From Ranitomeya imitator (taxonomy: Eukaryota): a DNA stretch of 64,000 nt. The stretch lies in contig NC_091288.1 of the NCBI RefSeq assembly GCF_032444005.1, positions 221,836,001-221,900,000 of the forward strand. The letters run 5' to 3'. The position numbers were made by a program, and so were the translations under genes. Positions 1 to 12,106 of this stretch are shown one piece after another. Each line of letters opens with the position of its first letter. The stretch's first letter is position 1. The notes beneath the pieces were generated by a model. It searched no databases. It was not told where the DNA came from and worked only from the letters and a program-made list of their open reading frames with translations.

Positions 1-2166
1 TGCACCGCTTTAAGAGAATGGGGTTCCTGCCAGTCCATCACAGCCTGTAGCTTGGCAGGATCCATAGCCAATCCCTGGGCAGAGATGATATAACCATGGA
101 AAGGCAAGGACTCCTGCTCAAACACACAGTTCTCCAACTTGGCTTAGAGGGCGTTTGCCCGTAAGAGGTCAAACACTTTGCGAACATCTCTCTGATAGGA
201 GTCAATATCTGGAAAGTAGATGAGAATATCATCCAGATAGACTACGACCGAGGTGGTGAGCATATCCCGGAAGATGTCATTCACAAAGTCTTGCAAAACG
301 GCTGGGGCATTACAGAGCCCGAACGGCATCACCAGATATTCATAGTGCCCATCCCTGGTGTTAAAAGTCATCTTCCATTCGTCACCCTCACAGATGCGAA
401 TCAGGTTGTAAGCACCCTGCAGATCTAATTTTGTAAAAACCCTTGCTCCCTGTAGCCTATCAAAGAGTTCAGAAATCAGGGGTAGTGGGTACTTGTTCTT
501 AACGGTGATAGTGTTAAGACCCCTGTAGTCTATGCATGGACGTAATTCTCCACTCTTCTTCTGCACGAAGAAGAACCCAGCCCCTGCAGGTGACACTGAC
601 TTCCTAATGAATCCTCTTGCCAGATGCTCTTGGATGTACTGAGACATTGCTTCCGTCTTCAGGAGAGATAACGGATAGACTCGACCCCGGGGAGGCTCTG
701 CACCAGGCAAGAAGTCAATAGGACAGTCATAGGGGCGGTGAGGTGGAAGGGTCTCCGCAGCTCTTTTGGAGAACACGTCAGGCCAATAGTGCTTGGGGCC
801 AATAGTGCTTGGGGAGAGAGGATAGATCTGCGGGTACCTTTGTTGTAGCAACCTGAACGCACTCCATCTGACATCTATCCTCGCAGGATTTACTCCATTC
901 CAAAATTCTCCCTGAGGACCACTCTATATGAGGAGAATGATAGCGTAGCCATGGTATCCCTTGCAGGACCTCATCAATTCCCTCAGGAATGACTAATAGG
1001 GAGATAATCTCCTGATGTGATGGAGACACAGAAAGCGTGAAAAGAATGGTTTGGTGGGTAATCTGTGAGGGTAGTGTTGACCCATTTACCACTCGAACGG
1101 TTCCTGGGTTTGCGAGCATCACCAGGCGTGTTGCATGTCGCTGGGCAAAAGCGGATGACATAAAATTACCCTCCGCCCCAGAGTCCACGCGAACCTCTAC
1201 CATAATAGTGGATGGGCCTAAGGTAATTGTCCCCTTGAAGGACAGCTTAGAAGTAAACGTCGCCGTGTCTAGTGTACCTCTTCCAACTGCCACTATACGC
1301 TGTCGTTCCCCCGACCGCTGAGGACACCTGGAGGCAAGATGTCCTGACTGCCGGCAAACATGACAGACCTTAAGTGCACGAGCAGACAGGGACTTGGATC
1401 CCGCTCGTGACACCTCTATGGCCTCATGTGACTCGGGCGCCTGGACTGGAGATTCCAAAGGTTTGGCGAAGGTGGGAGCCAGCCAAAACCTCTGCCTACA
1501 CTGGGCTCGCTCCAAGCTTCTCTCGTGAAAATGAAGGTCGATGCGAGTTGATATAGCTATGAGCTCTTCCAGTGTGGTGGGAATCTCCCTAGGGGCCAAA
1601 GCGTCCTTCACATGGTCAGCCAGCCCCCTCCAAAATACCGGGATGAGGGCTTTATCCAGCTCAGACGCTAATGTCTGGAAGTGGACGGCAAAATGGCTGA
1701 CCATGGTCGAACCCTGAGTCAATGCCAACAGTTGGAGCGCCGTATCATGGGTGACTCAAGGTCCCAAAAAGACCTGTTTCAGAGTGCCCAGAAACCGAGG
1801 AACACTCTGCACCACATGATCGTTGCGCTCCCACAGCGGTGTAGCCCACTCCAAAGCTCTGTCCGACCGAAGAGAGAGAATGAATCTCACCTTTGCCCGC
1901 TCTGTGGGAAAATGTGCAGCCAGGAGATCGAGGTGTATAGAGCACTGGCTCACGAAACCCCTACAGGATTTACTGTCACCAGAGTATTTTTCAGGCAGCG
2001 GGAGGTGAGATAAGGTCGGAACAGAGGTGGCAGTGGGTAAAGTTTCTGCAGCCACGCTAGCAGCCTGAACAGCTATTGCGGTAAAATCCACCGCCGAGGT
2101 TGCACGCTCGAAAGCCGCCATCCTACCCTCAAGCAGCTGGATGTACCCCTGCTGTTCATCCGCCAT
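1..2166 (-). pseudogene. gag-pol of gypsy family 1, disrupted
   Basis: Reading frame broken near 1750, by a 16-bp tandem duplication at about 783-814 (ccccaagcactattgg x2 on the minus strand), and by a TAA at 144-146. Confidence 0.9.
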
Positions 2167-2194
2167 TACATAGCCAGACCCAGTGCTAGTGTAC

Positions 2195-2964
2195 TGTTAG
2201 GGTTGGCGGAACACACCGAGTATATATATCAGAAGTAGTAGGTGCGTTCGCAACCCGGGGTCCACCATGCAGGAAAGAACCTGCTGCTAGTAAAAGCGGT
2301 ACAATATGGCGGTATAAACGAACTCTGTTACTTCACAGAGTCCGATAGCAAAGAGAACGTTGTGCCCTGTTAAGCTCACAGAGGAACACAGCTACTTAGT
2401 AGAGCCGATAGTGGTCATGCAGTCAATAGCAAACACGCTGCTCCTCTCCAGTGGAGCCGGAATTCTAATGGCTATACGCCAGCCCTGAAGTCACACACAG
2501 AAAACTCCTCGCCGGAGGTGCCAACATTTAGGGGCTTATTTCAGTCAACAAATACATACAAACATGACCACACTGGCGCTGAGCTCATACATAAATTGAC
2601 ACTAGTGCATGGCCGTGCGGCCATGCGAACGTTTTATAGTTGCAGCTCTACAGGACCTTCCTGGAGAACCAATGGGAGCTGCTACAGGGCCTGAGCGTGT
2701 GACCCCTGACCTCCATTGAGAGGTCCTCCCGTGGGCATGCTGAGTGTGTGCAAAGCAGGACTTAGTCCCAGAAAAGCCTGCTCACCGCAGACCAGTGCAG
2801 GGTACAAAAGCAGAGTCTGGAAAGGCACAGTATCAGACAGAGTGAGACACTGGGACCGATGTCTCCGCTGAGCAGACTCCACTGTGGTTGATGCAGAATG
2901 GGAGACTGCAGCAGACATGGTTTGAGATTCCCCCTGTGCAGAGGCGGGAACTCGACCCCTAACA
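2195..2964 (-). repeat. 5' LTR, gypsy family 1 (770 bp)
   Basis: TGTTAG...CTAACA termini; homologous to the solo LTRs at 21202, 25275 and 40638; minus-strand TATAAAA at 2638-2632. Confidence 0.93.
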
Positions 2965-3460
2965 GGGTTTATCCACTGGGACCTACACTGATTGGCAGAA
3001 GGTGGCACTTGTATCCCCATTACCACGGCCATTGTGCTGCATCTTCACTATAGACAAGGCCTTAGAGGTCACTGCTCGTCATAACGTAGGTAACAATATG
3101 TGTCAAAGTGTTTCAATGTCACAACACGCACTTTGTTGGCACTGTCACAGAGATGTCCAAGGCATGTTCTTGGCCAGAAGTCCAATTATATAGAAAAGGC
3201 ACAGGAGATGCGGTGTGAAATGAAGAAGAGACATGAAGGACAGGATGGCAGGAAGTGGACAGCAAAGGCAGCCACAAAGGTGAGCGGTGAGTATTTTGTT
3301 TTTTCTTTTTTTTACATCTTACATTTATTCCGTACTAAAGTCTAATCAGACCCCAGTGCAATAAAGGGACTTTCAATTCACAGTGAATAACTTTGCTGCA
3401 AATCAAATTTCCAAGTAAAATGATTTGGTCAATTTGAATTTTGCCAGATGTGCTCATCTC

Positions 3461-3801
3461 TAGAGTTGAGCGAATTTGCTCGGGTCCCCTCTTATTTGGC
3501 TAGCTATAGCGCTTGCCAAATAAGCTTTACAGGGAACCTGGCTTCCTAGATCGTGCCGGCCGATCAGCTGATGCATGTGTCAGTGGCTGTGTGACAGTCA
3601 CGACACATGCATGGAGAGCCCAACAAACAGGCTCTCCATGCATGTGTCATGACTGTGACACAACAGCGATACATGCAGCTGCGGCGCTGATCAGCTGATC
3701 GGCCAGCGCAATACAGGAAGCCGGGTTCCCTGTGCAGCTTATTTGGCTAGTGCTATAGCTGGCCGAATAAGAGGGAACCCGAGAAAATTCGCTCAACTCT
3801 A
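3461..3801. mobile_element. hAT-type MITE, near-perfect long palindrome
   Basis: TIR TAGAGTTGAGCGAATT / AATTCGCTCAACTCTA; exact 8-bp TSD CTCATCTC at 3453-3460 and 3802-3809. Confidence 0.88.
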
Positions 3802-4369
3802 CTCATCTCTAATATTAAGCAGATGATCTAGTAAGGGTTAAAACCAATAAAATACTTTACTCTTGCCCCTCACTTGTGCTCGCCTTCACAGAACCCTTTC
3901 TGCTAGCTCCTATAAGCACCGGCTTTGCTCCAGCGCTGGTCTCCATTTCACTCTTTGGCAGCGCTTCGGATGCCAATGCACATTCTGACATCATAATGTC
4001 ATAACATGTGTCGCCCCATCCAGTGGAGGAGGTCATGATGTCGTAAAGTGCAACTTAGCCTAGTTCACGTCAAAAGCCCCGAGAAGAGGAGACATGATGC
4101 CTAAGAATTCTAGTAAATGGCTGAAAGGGCAGAAACCAGTTAGTGGTTAGGTGAGCATGACATTTTATTGATTTGGTTGTATTTTAATCCATCCATAGGC
4201 CAAACAAATCCAGCAAAATGGTGGCTGGATGAGTTAATGCACACGTATTGAATTCCCAAAAATTTGGATTTACTAGAATCTGCAAATTTTGGAGAATTCG
4301 AAATGAATCTTAGTAATTTAGAATCAAGTTTCTCATCCTTGGAAGATGACTTGTAAGTTTTGGAAAGTG

Positions 4370-5272
4370 TCATTCTCCAGAGTCTGCACAAGTGAGGAAG
4401 ATGATCAGCTTATTCAAAATTTGCCTTAATTTTGGATTACTATAGATAAGAAGAGCCGACTGCCCTGTGGGAAATGACAGCAGTGCCATTGCACATATCC
4501 AGTATTCTTCACTTCCATCAGCAAATGTTCCTAGTCCAAAACAGATTGCAGAAATAATAACCATCAGATATAAGATGAGAAGACCGATCATCATCTGGAC
4601 TGCCGTTTGATAATCCTTCACGTTTGTGTTGGCTAAAGTCCCGCTATTTTTCCTTATCTGGCAGTTGTACCATCTGAGGAACCAAGCGGTGGTAACAGTC
4701 ATCGTTATGGTTAGAATAAGGGGCAAACAATTGAGAATCATGATGATACTTGTAAATTTCAGTCTTCGGCTTCTATTTTCTTCCATTGTTTCGACATTCA
4801 TAGTTGAGTTTTTTCCATTTGAGTTTTGAAGAGATAAAAGTGTTGATAGAAAACTTCCCGAAACAGACACGATCTCCACCATCAATATCAACCTCCAGAT
4901 AATGGCACCAATTCTATTCCTAATCTTCATGACAACTCCAGGTCGGGAAGGTATGATCTTCATGAAGTAGAAGAAGCAGAGAGTTCCATTGAGCCATGCA
5001 GTGGATGTAATGGCGTACAAGGCCATGGTGGAGATGAAGTAAAACACAAAACTATTGCTGTTGAAATACGGCCATAAGTTGCTGGTGAGGAGGTATGCCG
5101 ACATGAATATGGTGTACAACAGATTGGCGGTATTCAGAGAAATCAAGATCCTGTTCAAAGTAGCAAAATTTGGCTTTTGAAATCCAGTAAAATAAAGACA
5201 AGTGATTATGAAGATACTGGAGGACAGGCCGGTAATGCTCTCCAGAAGAAAAATGATAGGAAAAATCTCCAT
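4370..5272 (-). CDS. TAS2R: Bitter taste receptor (TAS2R family), 300 aa, intronless
   Basis: Seven hydrophobic segments; TM3 end WLNGTLCFFYFMKII matches the TAS2R W..LxxFYxxKI pattern; ECL2 sequon NST; TM7/helix 8 LIYSNPKLR. Confidence 0.9.
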   Translation of the reverse strand: MEIFPIIFLLESITGLSSSIFIITCLYFTGFQKPNFATLNRILISLNTANLLYTIFMSAYLLTSNLWPYFNSNSFVFYFISTMALYAITSTAWLNGTLCFFYFMKIIPSRPGVVMKIRNRIGAIIWRLILMVEIVSVSGSFLSTLLSLQNSNGKNSTMNVETMEENRSRRLKFTSIIMILNCLPLILTITMTVTTAWFLRWYNCQIRKNSGTLANTNVKDYQTAVQMMIGLLILYLMVIISAICFGLGTFADGSEEYWICAMALLSFPTGQSALLIYSNPKLRQILNKLIIFLTCADSGE

Positions 5273-7860
5273 GTTAGAAATATGGATAGAAGGAATTTTA
5301 TACCATACGTTAATATAAACCTTAGAACGTTCAGACTTCTAGGGATGTATCTTCACTAGTTGTTCTGACTTTTCAGACCATACCTCCTCCTTTCAGGTAT
5401 CTTGCTTATGTAGAATATTCTGATCTTCAACTCCAAACCTCAGAACAAACTACCTAAAAAAGCGAAGTATAAAGATGAAGATATCTGGATGATGCTCCTG
5501 CTCCAGATCTGAGGAAAACGCAGTCCTGGGTTAGAGGTTGATGCGTCCTCCAACCAAATTAATGGTCAAATGATAAATCTTCATGAATGATGTATGACTG
5601 GTGTTAGCTTTCTGATATTTTCGTAAATGCAAACTCTGCAGATACAGTATTCAGTAACCATTTCATTGCTGTACGTTGAACTATTTTTCTCTTTCAGATG
5701 TTTAGCCATTATTTCCTCTGCGTTTTCCATAATTTCAGAGCAAAGTGCAGATGCCATTTTTTGGAAGTCACATTTTTTTTTCTTTTTTTTTTTTAAACAG
5801 TTACTAACTGGAATCTCATTGTCAAAAATTATGACATCAAAACAGATTAAAATTGTAAAAATGGTTAAAAAAAAATTATGTAATTTTTTTTTAAGTAGAA
5901 TCTGATAACGTTATTTGGCATTAATCCCACTTGTCCTGCTATGAAAATACTCTGTAATTCTTTATTAGCATAATACTGGTCTCTCACCTGTTTTCTTTGG
6001 TTTGGTCACTGCTGAAGATGGTCAGTGATGACCACACTGGTGCCCGAACAGGAAAAGACGAGGATAACTTTTTGTAATCTTTGGACTTATGTTTATTATT
6101 CTATATTAATATATTATTCTGCTTTTATACATAATCAAATGATAATCACTTTGCATTCGAATTACTTGAAGTTTGCAAGTCCCTAGGAATTTGAACAATT
6201 TTCAATTCAAGTTGTTTGAATCCCCAAAAGATTGCTTGCTGCCTTACAGATTGCAGAAGATTGCATCAACCACGGAAGGCTGACTTGACCTCAGGCGCGA
6301 CCATATAAGTTTTCCCACCCTGATTGATCAGTGATATGGTGTAGCTTGAATTACAACTACGCATTGTATTTTCTATTTTTAATGCGCTAGAAAGCAAAAG
6401 CAAGGCAGCACAATAGTTTTTAAAGAAAAAAATTCAGAAATTAGTGTTGGTTTATCTTATGCGACTGTACTAAGTTTTGGGATTTTTTGTGAAGAGGGAA
6501 ATACTTTTTTTTGTTCCCTAAAATCCAGACATTTATCTTTGCCTTCTTCAGAAAGTGTGCATGTCATCAGACCAAGACAGTTCCTGGTTGCAGGTGCTGG
6601 CAGTTTGGATGTGTACCTACCTAGAATATCTTCTTTTGTCATATTTAGGAAAATAGTCAAATTTTTTTGAAAAAACCGTACATGACTGTTTTTGCGCACC
6701 GTTTTTACAAATTTACTACCAATTTAACATCCACACATGCCATATCTATATTGTGGCCTGCTGCCACATTTTGATCTCCGTGCATTGTCCTAACTGCACA
6801 GTATTTTTGTTATGTCATTTTTAGCATGGGATTAATAATTGGGATCGAAAGATTGTCAAAAGCTCATTATATTGTTTTACAAATTGCATGAAAAAAAGAA
6901 AAAACGGCAATGGAAATTGATTTCAATGGTTGAGGTTGTGTAAAAGAAAAAACAACAACATCTAACATCTAACAATATGATAGTTACCAACAGAAGAAGC
7001 ACTGCCACTACCACTGGCCATCCGGGCAGACGTTCAACCAAACGCAGGCCAATCTTAGCCTATTATTGTGGAAGGGGACTATTGTATACATAGCACAGTC
7101 ACAGTAAAAGGATGTTACCTCTGACAGTGACACCTTCAGTCTGAGTGTTTTCTTCAGAATGGTCTCCCTGGTCACAGAGAACTAAGAGGGATAAGTTTTG
7201 GACCTTTTTTTAATTAAGAAGAAAACTTGAAAATTCTGCCACTGTTCTGTGCTATTAAACGGCATCTTATTTACTACCCGTTATTATCTGCCTCTATGGT
7301 GATGTCATTGGACATTACCAAGATTATTTTTGCATTAAAGAGTTTAAAAGGGGTTTGATACAGTCTCTGGAGGCCTCAGAGCATTATACATCTTTCAGGG
7401 CAATTGGAGCAAATTTATTCACCGTGAACAGAATTTTTGGAGAAAAAATCACTGAACTTGACAAATTCAAATTTGAAAACATTTCTTCATCTCTATGTGC
7501 TATGATTATTTTACCTGCATTTCTCATCCTTTTTAGCAACATTTGTTAAATAAGTAAAATTTTTGTTACTTTTGTAACATGTGATCCAGAATAATATAGG
7601 TAAGAACCCGACGCCGTGTATACACATGTTTCAGGAAATTCGCACATGGACAGTTTTCTTTTTCTTCAAACATAGTTCTTCCCTTTTTAACCGATTTTTT
7701 TTTACTGATTTTATTTAATAATAAAATTATATTTGTGTTTTTCTTTTTTTTTGTTCTTGAATTTTATCCTTCATCGCATGTGATTATTTTTTCCGTCCCC
7801 TTTTTTGAAATTTTTTTTGCATTTAACCACATGTATGTTATCCATTGTTTTATCTGTGGT

Positions 7861-7980
7861 TGTCCTGAGGAAGGAGTCGATGTGACTCTGAAATGTGTTA
7901 GTATTAAACCACCATTCCTTCATTTTTTACCTGTGGTTGTCCTGAGGAAGGAGTCTGAGTGGCTCTGAAATGCGTTGGCA
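7861..7980 (+). ncRNA. Two tandem minimal hammerhead-ribozyme-like motifs (Penelope/retrozyme type), CpG-decayed
   Basis: 77-bp tandem unit. Each copy has tgtc-CTGAGGA-a-GGAGTC[5 nt]G(A/G)CTCT-GAAA-tg(t/c)gtt; copy 2 continues with ggca, which pairs with tgtc. Confidence 0.65.
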
Positions 7981-8518
7981 TTACACCACCATTCCTTCAT
8001 TGTTTCTGTGACTATCTTTGATATTCAGCAGCGCAGGATACTTCCATCTCCCCTGGTATAATTTGTACACAATTCTGTGGCAGCTGCAGCAGCTTGAATT
8101 CATGCTGACTCTTGTAGGGTAGTTTGTCGTGGTAAGTCATTTGGTTTAGCCGGTAAACTTTCCCTCTTCTACAGGTGAAGACATTTATTGTCTGGACTGT
8201 CAGGAGTTAATTTGTGAGATATTTTTCCTGTTTTATGTTTTTTATTTGCTCGTATACGTCTTGTGCGCACATTGCAGTTTGCATTGATACCACCGATGAG
8301 CTATCCGATGACATTTGATATGGCAGATGTGCTGGAATTTTGTCATAAATTCGATTTGCATTGCATTCTCACGACATTTATTCTCTAAAACTCAAACGCG
8401 CATTACTGACTGCTATGGAGCCCAAAACTCATCAAAATGGAAAATATTAATGTATTTAGTCATAAAACAACCTTGACGCTATCATCACACATCAGAGTAC
8501 AGTACATAGGTAAAATAA

Positions 8519-10200
8519 CTAATGTAAGCCTAAGGCCTGGAAAATAAGGAGATGTAAGGCAACGGCCGGAAAATAAGGAGCTGTAAGTAGTGTTGAGCAT
8601 TCCGATACCGCAAGTATCGGGTATCGGCCGATATTTGTGGTATCGGAATTCCGATACCGAGTTCTGATATTTTTGCGATATCGGGAATCGGTATTGGGAT
8701 GAAGATTCATGTGTAAAATAAAGAATAAAAAAAAAAAATATTGATATACTCACCCTCGGACGCGCCCTGGTTGTAACTGCTGCAACCGCCATGCTTCTGT
8801 TCCTAAGAATGAGCACGTGAAGGACCTGCGATGACGTCGCAACTTGTGATTGGTCGCGTGAGTGGTCACATGAGCGGTCACGTGACCAATCACAAGCCGC
8901 GACGTCATCGAAGGTCCTTCACTCGCTCATTCTTAGGAAGGGAAGCATGGCGGTTGCAGCGGTTACAACCAGGATGCGTCCGAGGGTGAGTATATCAATA
9001 TTTTGTATTTTTATTCTTTATTTTACACATGAATATGCATCCCAGGGCCTGAAGGAGAGTTTCCTCTCCTTCAGACCCTGTGAACCATTACAGGATACAT
9101 TCCGATATTTGCGTCCCATTGACTTGTATTGGTATCGGATATCGGTATCAGCGATATCCGATATTTTTCGGATATCGGCCGATACAATCCGATACCGATA
9201 CTTTCAAATATCTGAAGGTATCGCTCAACACTAGCTGTAAGGCTAAGGCCAGGAAAATAAGGAGATGTAAGGCTAAGGCCTGGAAAATAAGAGGATGTAA
9301 GGCTAAGGCCGGGAAAATAAGGAGATGTAAGGCTAAGACCTGGAAAATAAGAGGATGTAAGGCTAAGGCCAGGAAAATAAGGAGATGTAAGGCTACGGCC
9401 GGAAAATAAGAGGATGTAAGGCTAAGGCCAGGAAAATAAGGAGATGTAAGGCTACGGCCGGAAAATAAGAGGATGTAAGGCTAAGGCCAGGAAAATAAGG
9501 AGATGTAAGGCTACGGCCGGAAAATAAGGAGCTGTAAGGCTAAGGCCAGGAAAATAAGGAGATGTAAGGCTAAGGCCAGGAAAATAAGAGGATGTAAGGC
9601 TAAGGCCGGGAAAATAAGGAGATGTAAGGCTACGGCCAGAAAATAAGGAGCTGTAAGGATAAGGCCTGGAAAATAAGAGGATGTAAGGCTAAGGCCGGGA
9701 AAATAAGGAGATGTAAGGCTAAGGCTGGAAAATAAGGAGATTGTAGACTAAGGCATGGAAAATAACAGAGATGAAGGCCTAAGGCTGGAAAAAAAAGGAA
9801 ATGTAAGGCTAAGACCTAGAAAATAAGGAGATGTAAGGCTAAGGCCAGGGAAATAAGGAGATATAAGGCTAAGGCCAGGAAAATAAGGAGATGTAAGGCT
9901 AAGACATGGAAAATATGAGGATGTAAGGCTAAGGCCAGGAAAATAAGAAGATGTAAGGCTAAGGCTGGGAAAATAAGCAGATGTAAGGCTAAGGTTGGAA
10001 AAATAAAATGTAAGGCTAAGGCCTGGAAAATATGAGGATGTAAGGCTAAGGCTGGGAAAATAAAAGGATGTAAGGCTAAGACCTGGAAAATAAGAGGATG
10101 TAAGGCTAAGGCCAGGAAAATAAAGAGATGTAAGGCTAAGGTTGGAAAAATAAGACGTAAGGCTAAGGCTGGGAAAATAAGGAGATATAAGGCTACGGCC
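8519..10200. repeat. 30-bp minisatellite (TGTAAGGCTAAGGCCAGGAAAATAAGGAGA)n, about 35 copies, interrupted by a MITE
   Basis: Visible tandem array; explains the 10-aa-periodic ORFs at 9080-9409 and 9816-10283. Confidence 0.95.
8588..9233. mobile_element. hAT-type MITE inserted in the 30-bp minisatellite
   Basis: TIR TAGTGTTGAGC / GCTCAACACTA; 8-bp TSD GCTGTAAG at 8580-8587 and 9234-9241; internal inverted symmetry. Confidence 0.9.
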
Positions 10201-11015
10201 TGGGCCACACTGTGACTTTTTGTAGCGCTACTAATTGATGTTAACTGTTTAGCACCAGTCCAAAGCCGTACCCACTCACCCATTCTCCCAGCCTGACTGT
10301 CAGCTGTTTAATCGCCACTCACTCTTTCTCCCAGCCTGACAGACAGCTGTTCAGTCTCCTCTCACCTCCTCTCCTAACGAAAATGCGCGTCGAGGTGCAG
10401 CATTTTGGATCACACATTGAGGGCTAGGGTTGAGCGAAACGGGTCGGCCATTTTCAGAAGTCGCCGACTTTTGGCAAAGTCGGGTTTCATGAAACCCGAC
10501 CCGACCCCTGTGTGGGGTCGGCCATGAGGTCGGCGATCTTCTGAATCTGGTATCGGAATTCCGATACCGATTCCCGATATGTTTGCAATATCGGAAATCG
10601 GTATCGGAATCCATATTTAAGTGTAAAATAGTTACATAGTTACATAGTTACATAGTTATTAAGGTTGAAGGTCTCTGCATCCAGAGCCCTGATCTCTGGA
10701 TTGAACCCCCAGCAATCAGTAAGTAATCACTTAAAGGGATTCTATCAATAGGATCAACCCTGCTAAGCCAAACCAGGGATTCAAGCTTCAGGAGGCTAAT
10801 TTGCATATTCCAGGTGCCTTCTGGGAGAAGCGAAGTCTCCCTAAGCTAGAAGATCGTTGGGTACAGCCGGGACCAGCTACTTCGAAAGCATCACCAAACC
10901 GCGCGCCTTACGGCGCGCAAATTTTTGCCTGTAGGACATTATTGCAAGAGAGCTTGGCTGAGTAGATTACACAAGAAGGAAAACACACAGCAAGTCAGCA
11001 GGATCTAGGAGCAAC

Positions 11016-11969
11016 ATGGCAGATGTGACAACCTACATGGTGAGCTGCAGCATGTGCTACATGTTCACAGATCGACCAGAAGAAGAATCCAATTTCACCT
11101 GTCAGAAGTGTAGACTAGTGGCCCTTTTAGAAGAAAAGGTGCGGGGTCTGGAAGAAAGAATAGCAACTTTGAAACTCATCAAAGAGAATGAAGACTTTCT
11201 AGACAGAACAGAAGCATCTCTACTGGTCACAGAAGGTGCAAAAAGTGTCAGAGAACCTCCAAAAGCAGATGAGTGGAAGCATGTGACCAAAAGAAGCAAG
11301 AAGACCATGGAGAAATCACCAACCACACAACTGAAGAACCGATATCAAATCTTTGTAGAGGATGAAGATGGCACACCTAAGAATGAAGCAATACCAGCAA
11401 GCAAAAAAGAAAAGGGCACACAGCAACAAGTGACAGCAAAAAGTACAGCCAAGAAGCAACGAAGAGTGGTGGTGGTGGGAGACTCACTACTGAGAGGCAC
11501 AGAAGCAGCCATCTGCAGACCGGACATAACTGCAAGAGAAGTATGCTGCCTTCCAGGTGCGATGATCAAGGATGTGACCGATAGGATACCAAAGCTCTTC
11601 AGCTCCAAGGACGTCCACCCATTTCTTCTGATACATGTTGGCACCAATGACACGGCAAGGAAGGACCTACCGACAATCTGCAAGGACTTTGAAGAGTTGG
11701 GGAAGAAAGTAAAGGAACTGGATGCACAGGTAGTTTTTTCTTCTATCCTTCCAGTAGATGGGCATGGCACCAGGAGATGGAACAGGATCCTTGATGCAAA
11801 CAACTGGCTAAGACGATGGTGCAGACAACAAGGATTTGGATTCCTGGACCACGGTGTGAATTACTGGTATGATGGACTCCTCGCCAGAGACGGACTACAC
11901 CTCAACAAACCTGGGAAACACACATTCGCCAGAAGACTCGCTACACTCATCAGGAGGGCGTTAAACTAG
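11016..11969 (+). CDS. CR1 ORF1p (zinc finger, coiled coil and SGNH esterase), 317 aa
   Basis: CxxC...CxxC (VSCSMC...TCQKC); VVGDSLLRG, HVGTND and DGLHLN SGNH blocks; ends RALN* as in CR1-clade ORF1. Confidence 0.93.
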   Translation: MADVTTYMVSCSMCYMFTDRPEEESNFTCQKCRLVALLEEKVRGLEERIATLKLIKENEDFLDRTEASLLVTEGAKSVREPPKADEWKHVTKRSKKTMEKSPTTQLKNRYQIFVEDEDGTPKNEAIPASKKEKGTQQQVTAKSTAKKQRRVVVVGDSLLRGTEAAICRPDITAREVCCLPGAMIKDVTDRIPKLFSSKDVHPFLLIHVGTNDTARKDLPTICKDFEELGKKVKELDAQVVFSSILPVDGHGTRRWNRILDANNWLRRWCRQQGFGFLDHGVNYWYDGLLARDGLHLNKPGKHTFARRLATLIRRALN

Positions 11970-12106
11970 AAGAAGAGGGGACGGGAAGAAAAACATTAGA
12001 CTCGAACAAAGACGACCCAGGAAAACATACTCAGAAGGGAGGTAAGAACATTTCTAAAACAATCCACAGTGAGGAGATTGGAACAAAACAAAATCCTCTA
12101 AACTGC

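Larger units (their letters stand above)
1..2964 (-). mobile_element. Ty3/gypsy LTR retrotransposon, family 1 (Tf1/sushi-like), degraded; 5' LTR plus gag-PR-RT, continues beyond the left window edge
   Basis: Minus-strand ORFs encode gag (1756-2166, 778-1728; zinc-knuckle-like CHVCRQSGHLASRC), protease (VDSGAEGNF) and RT ([17 protein letters not shown]). RT continues past a point stop at 144 (ANAL*AKLENCVFEQESLPF...). LTR TG...CA at 2195-2964. Confidence 0.95.

Noticed and set aside
9080-10283. Periodic ORFs (KAKARKIRRC and ALALHLLIF repeats)
   Set aside because: Translations of the 30-bp minisatellite.
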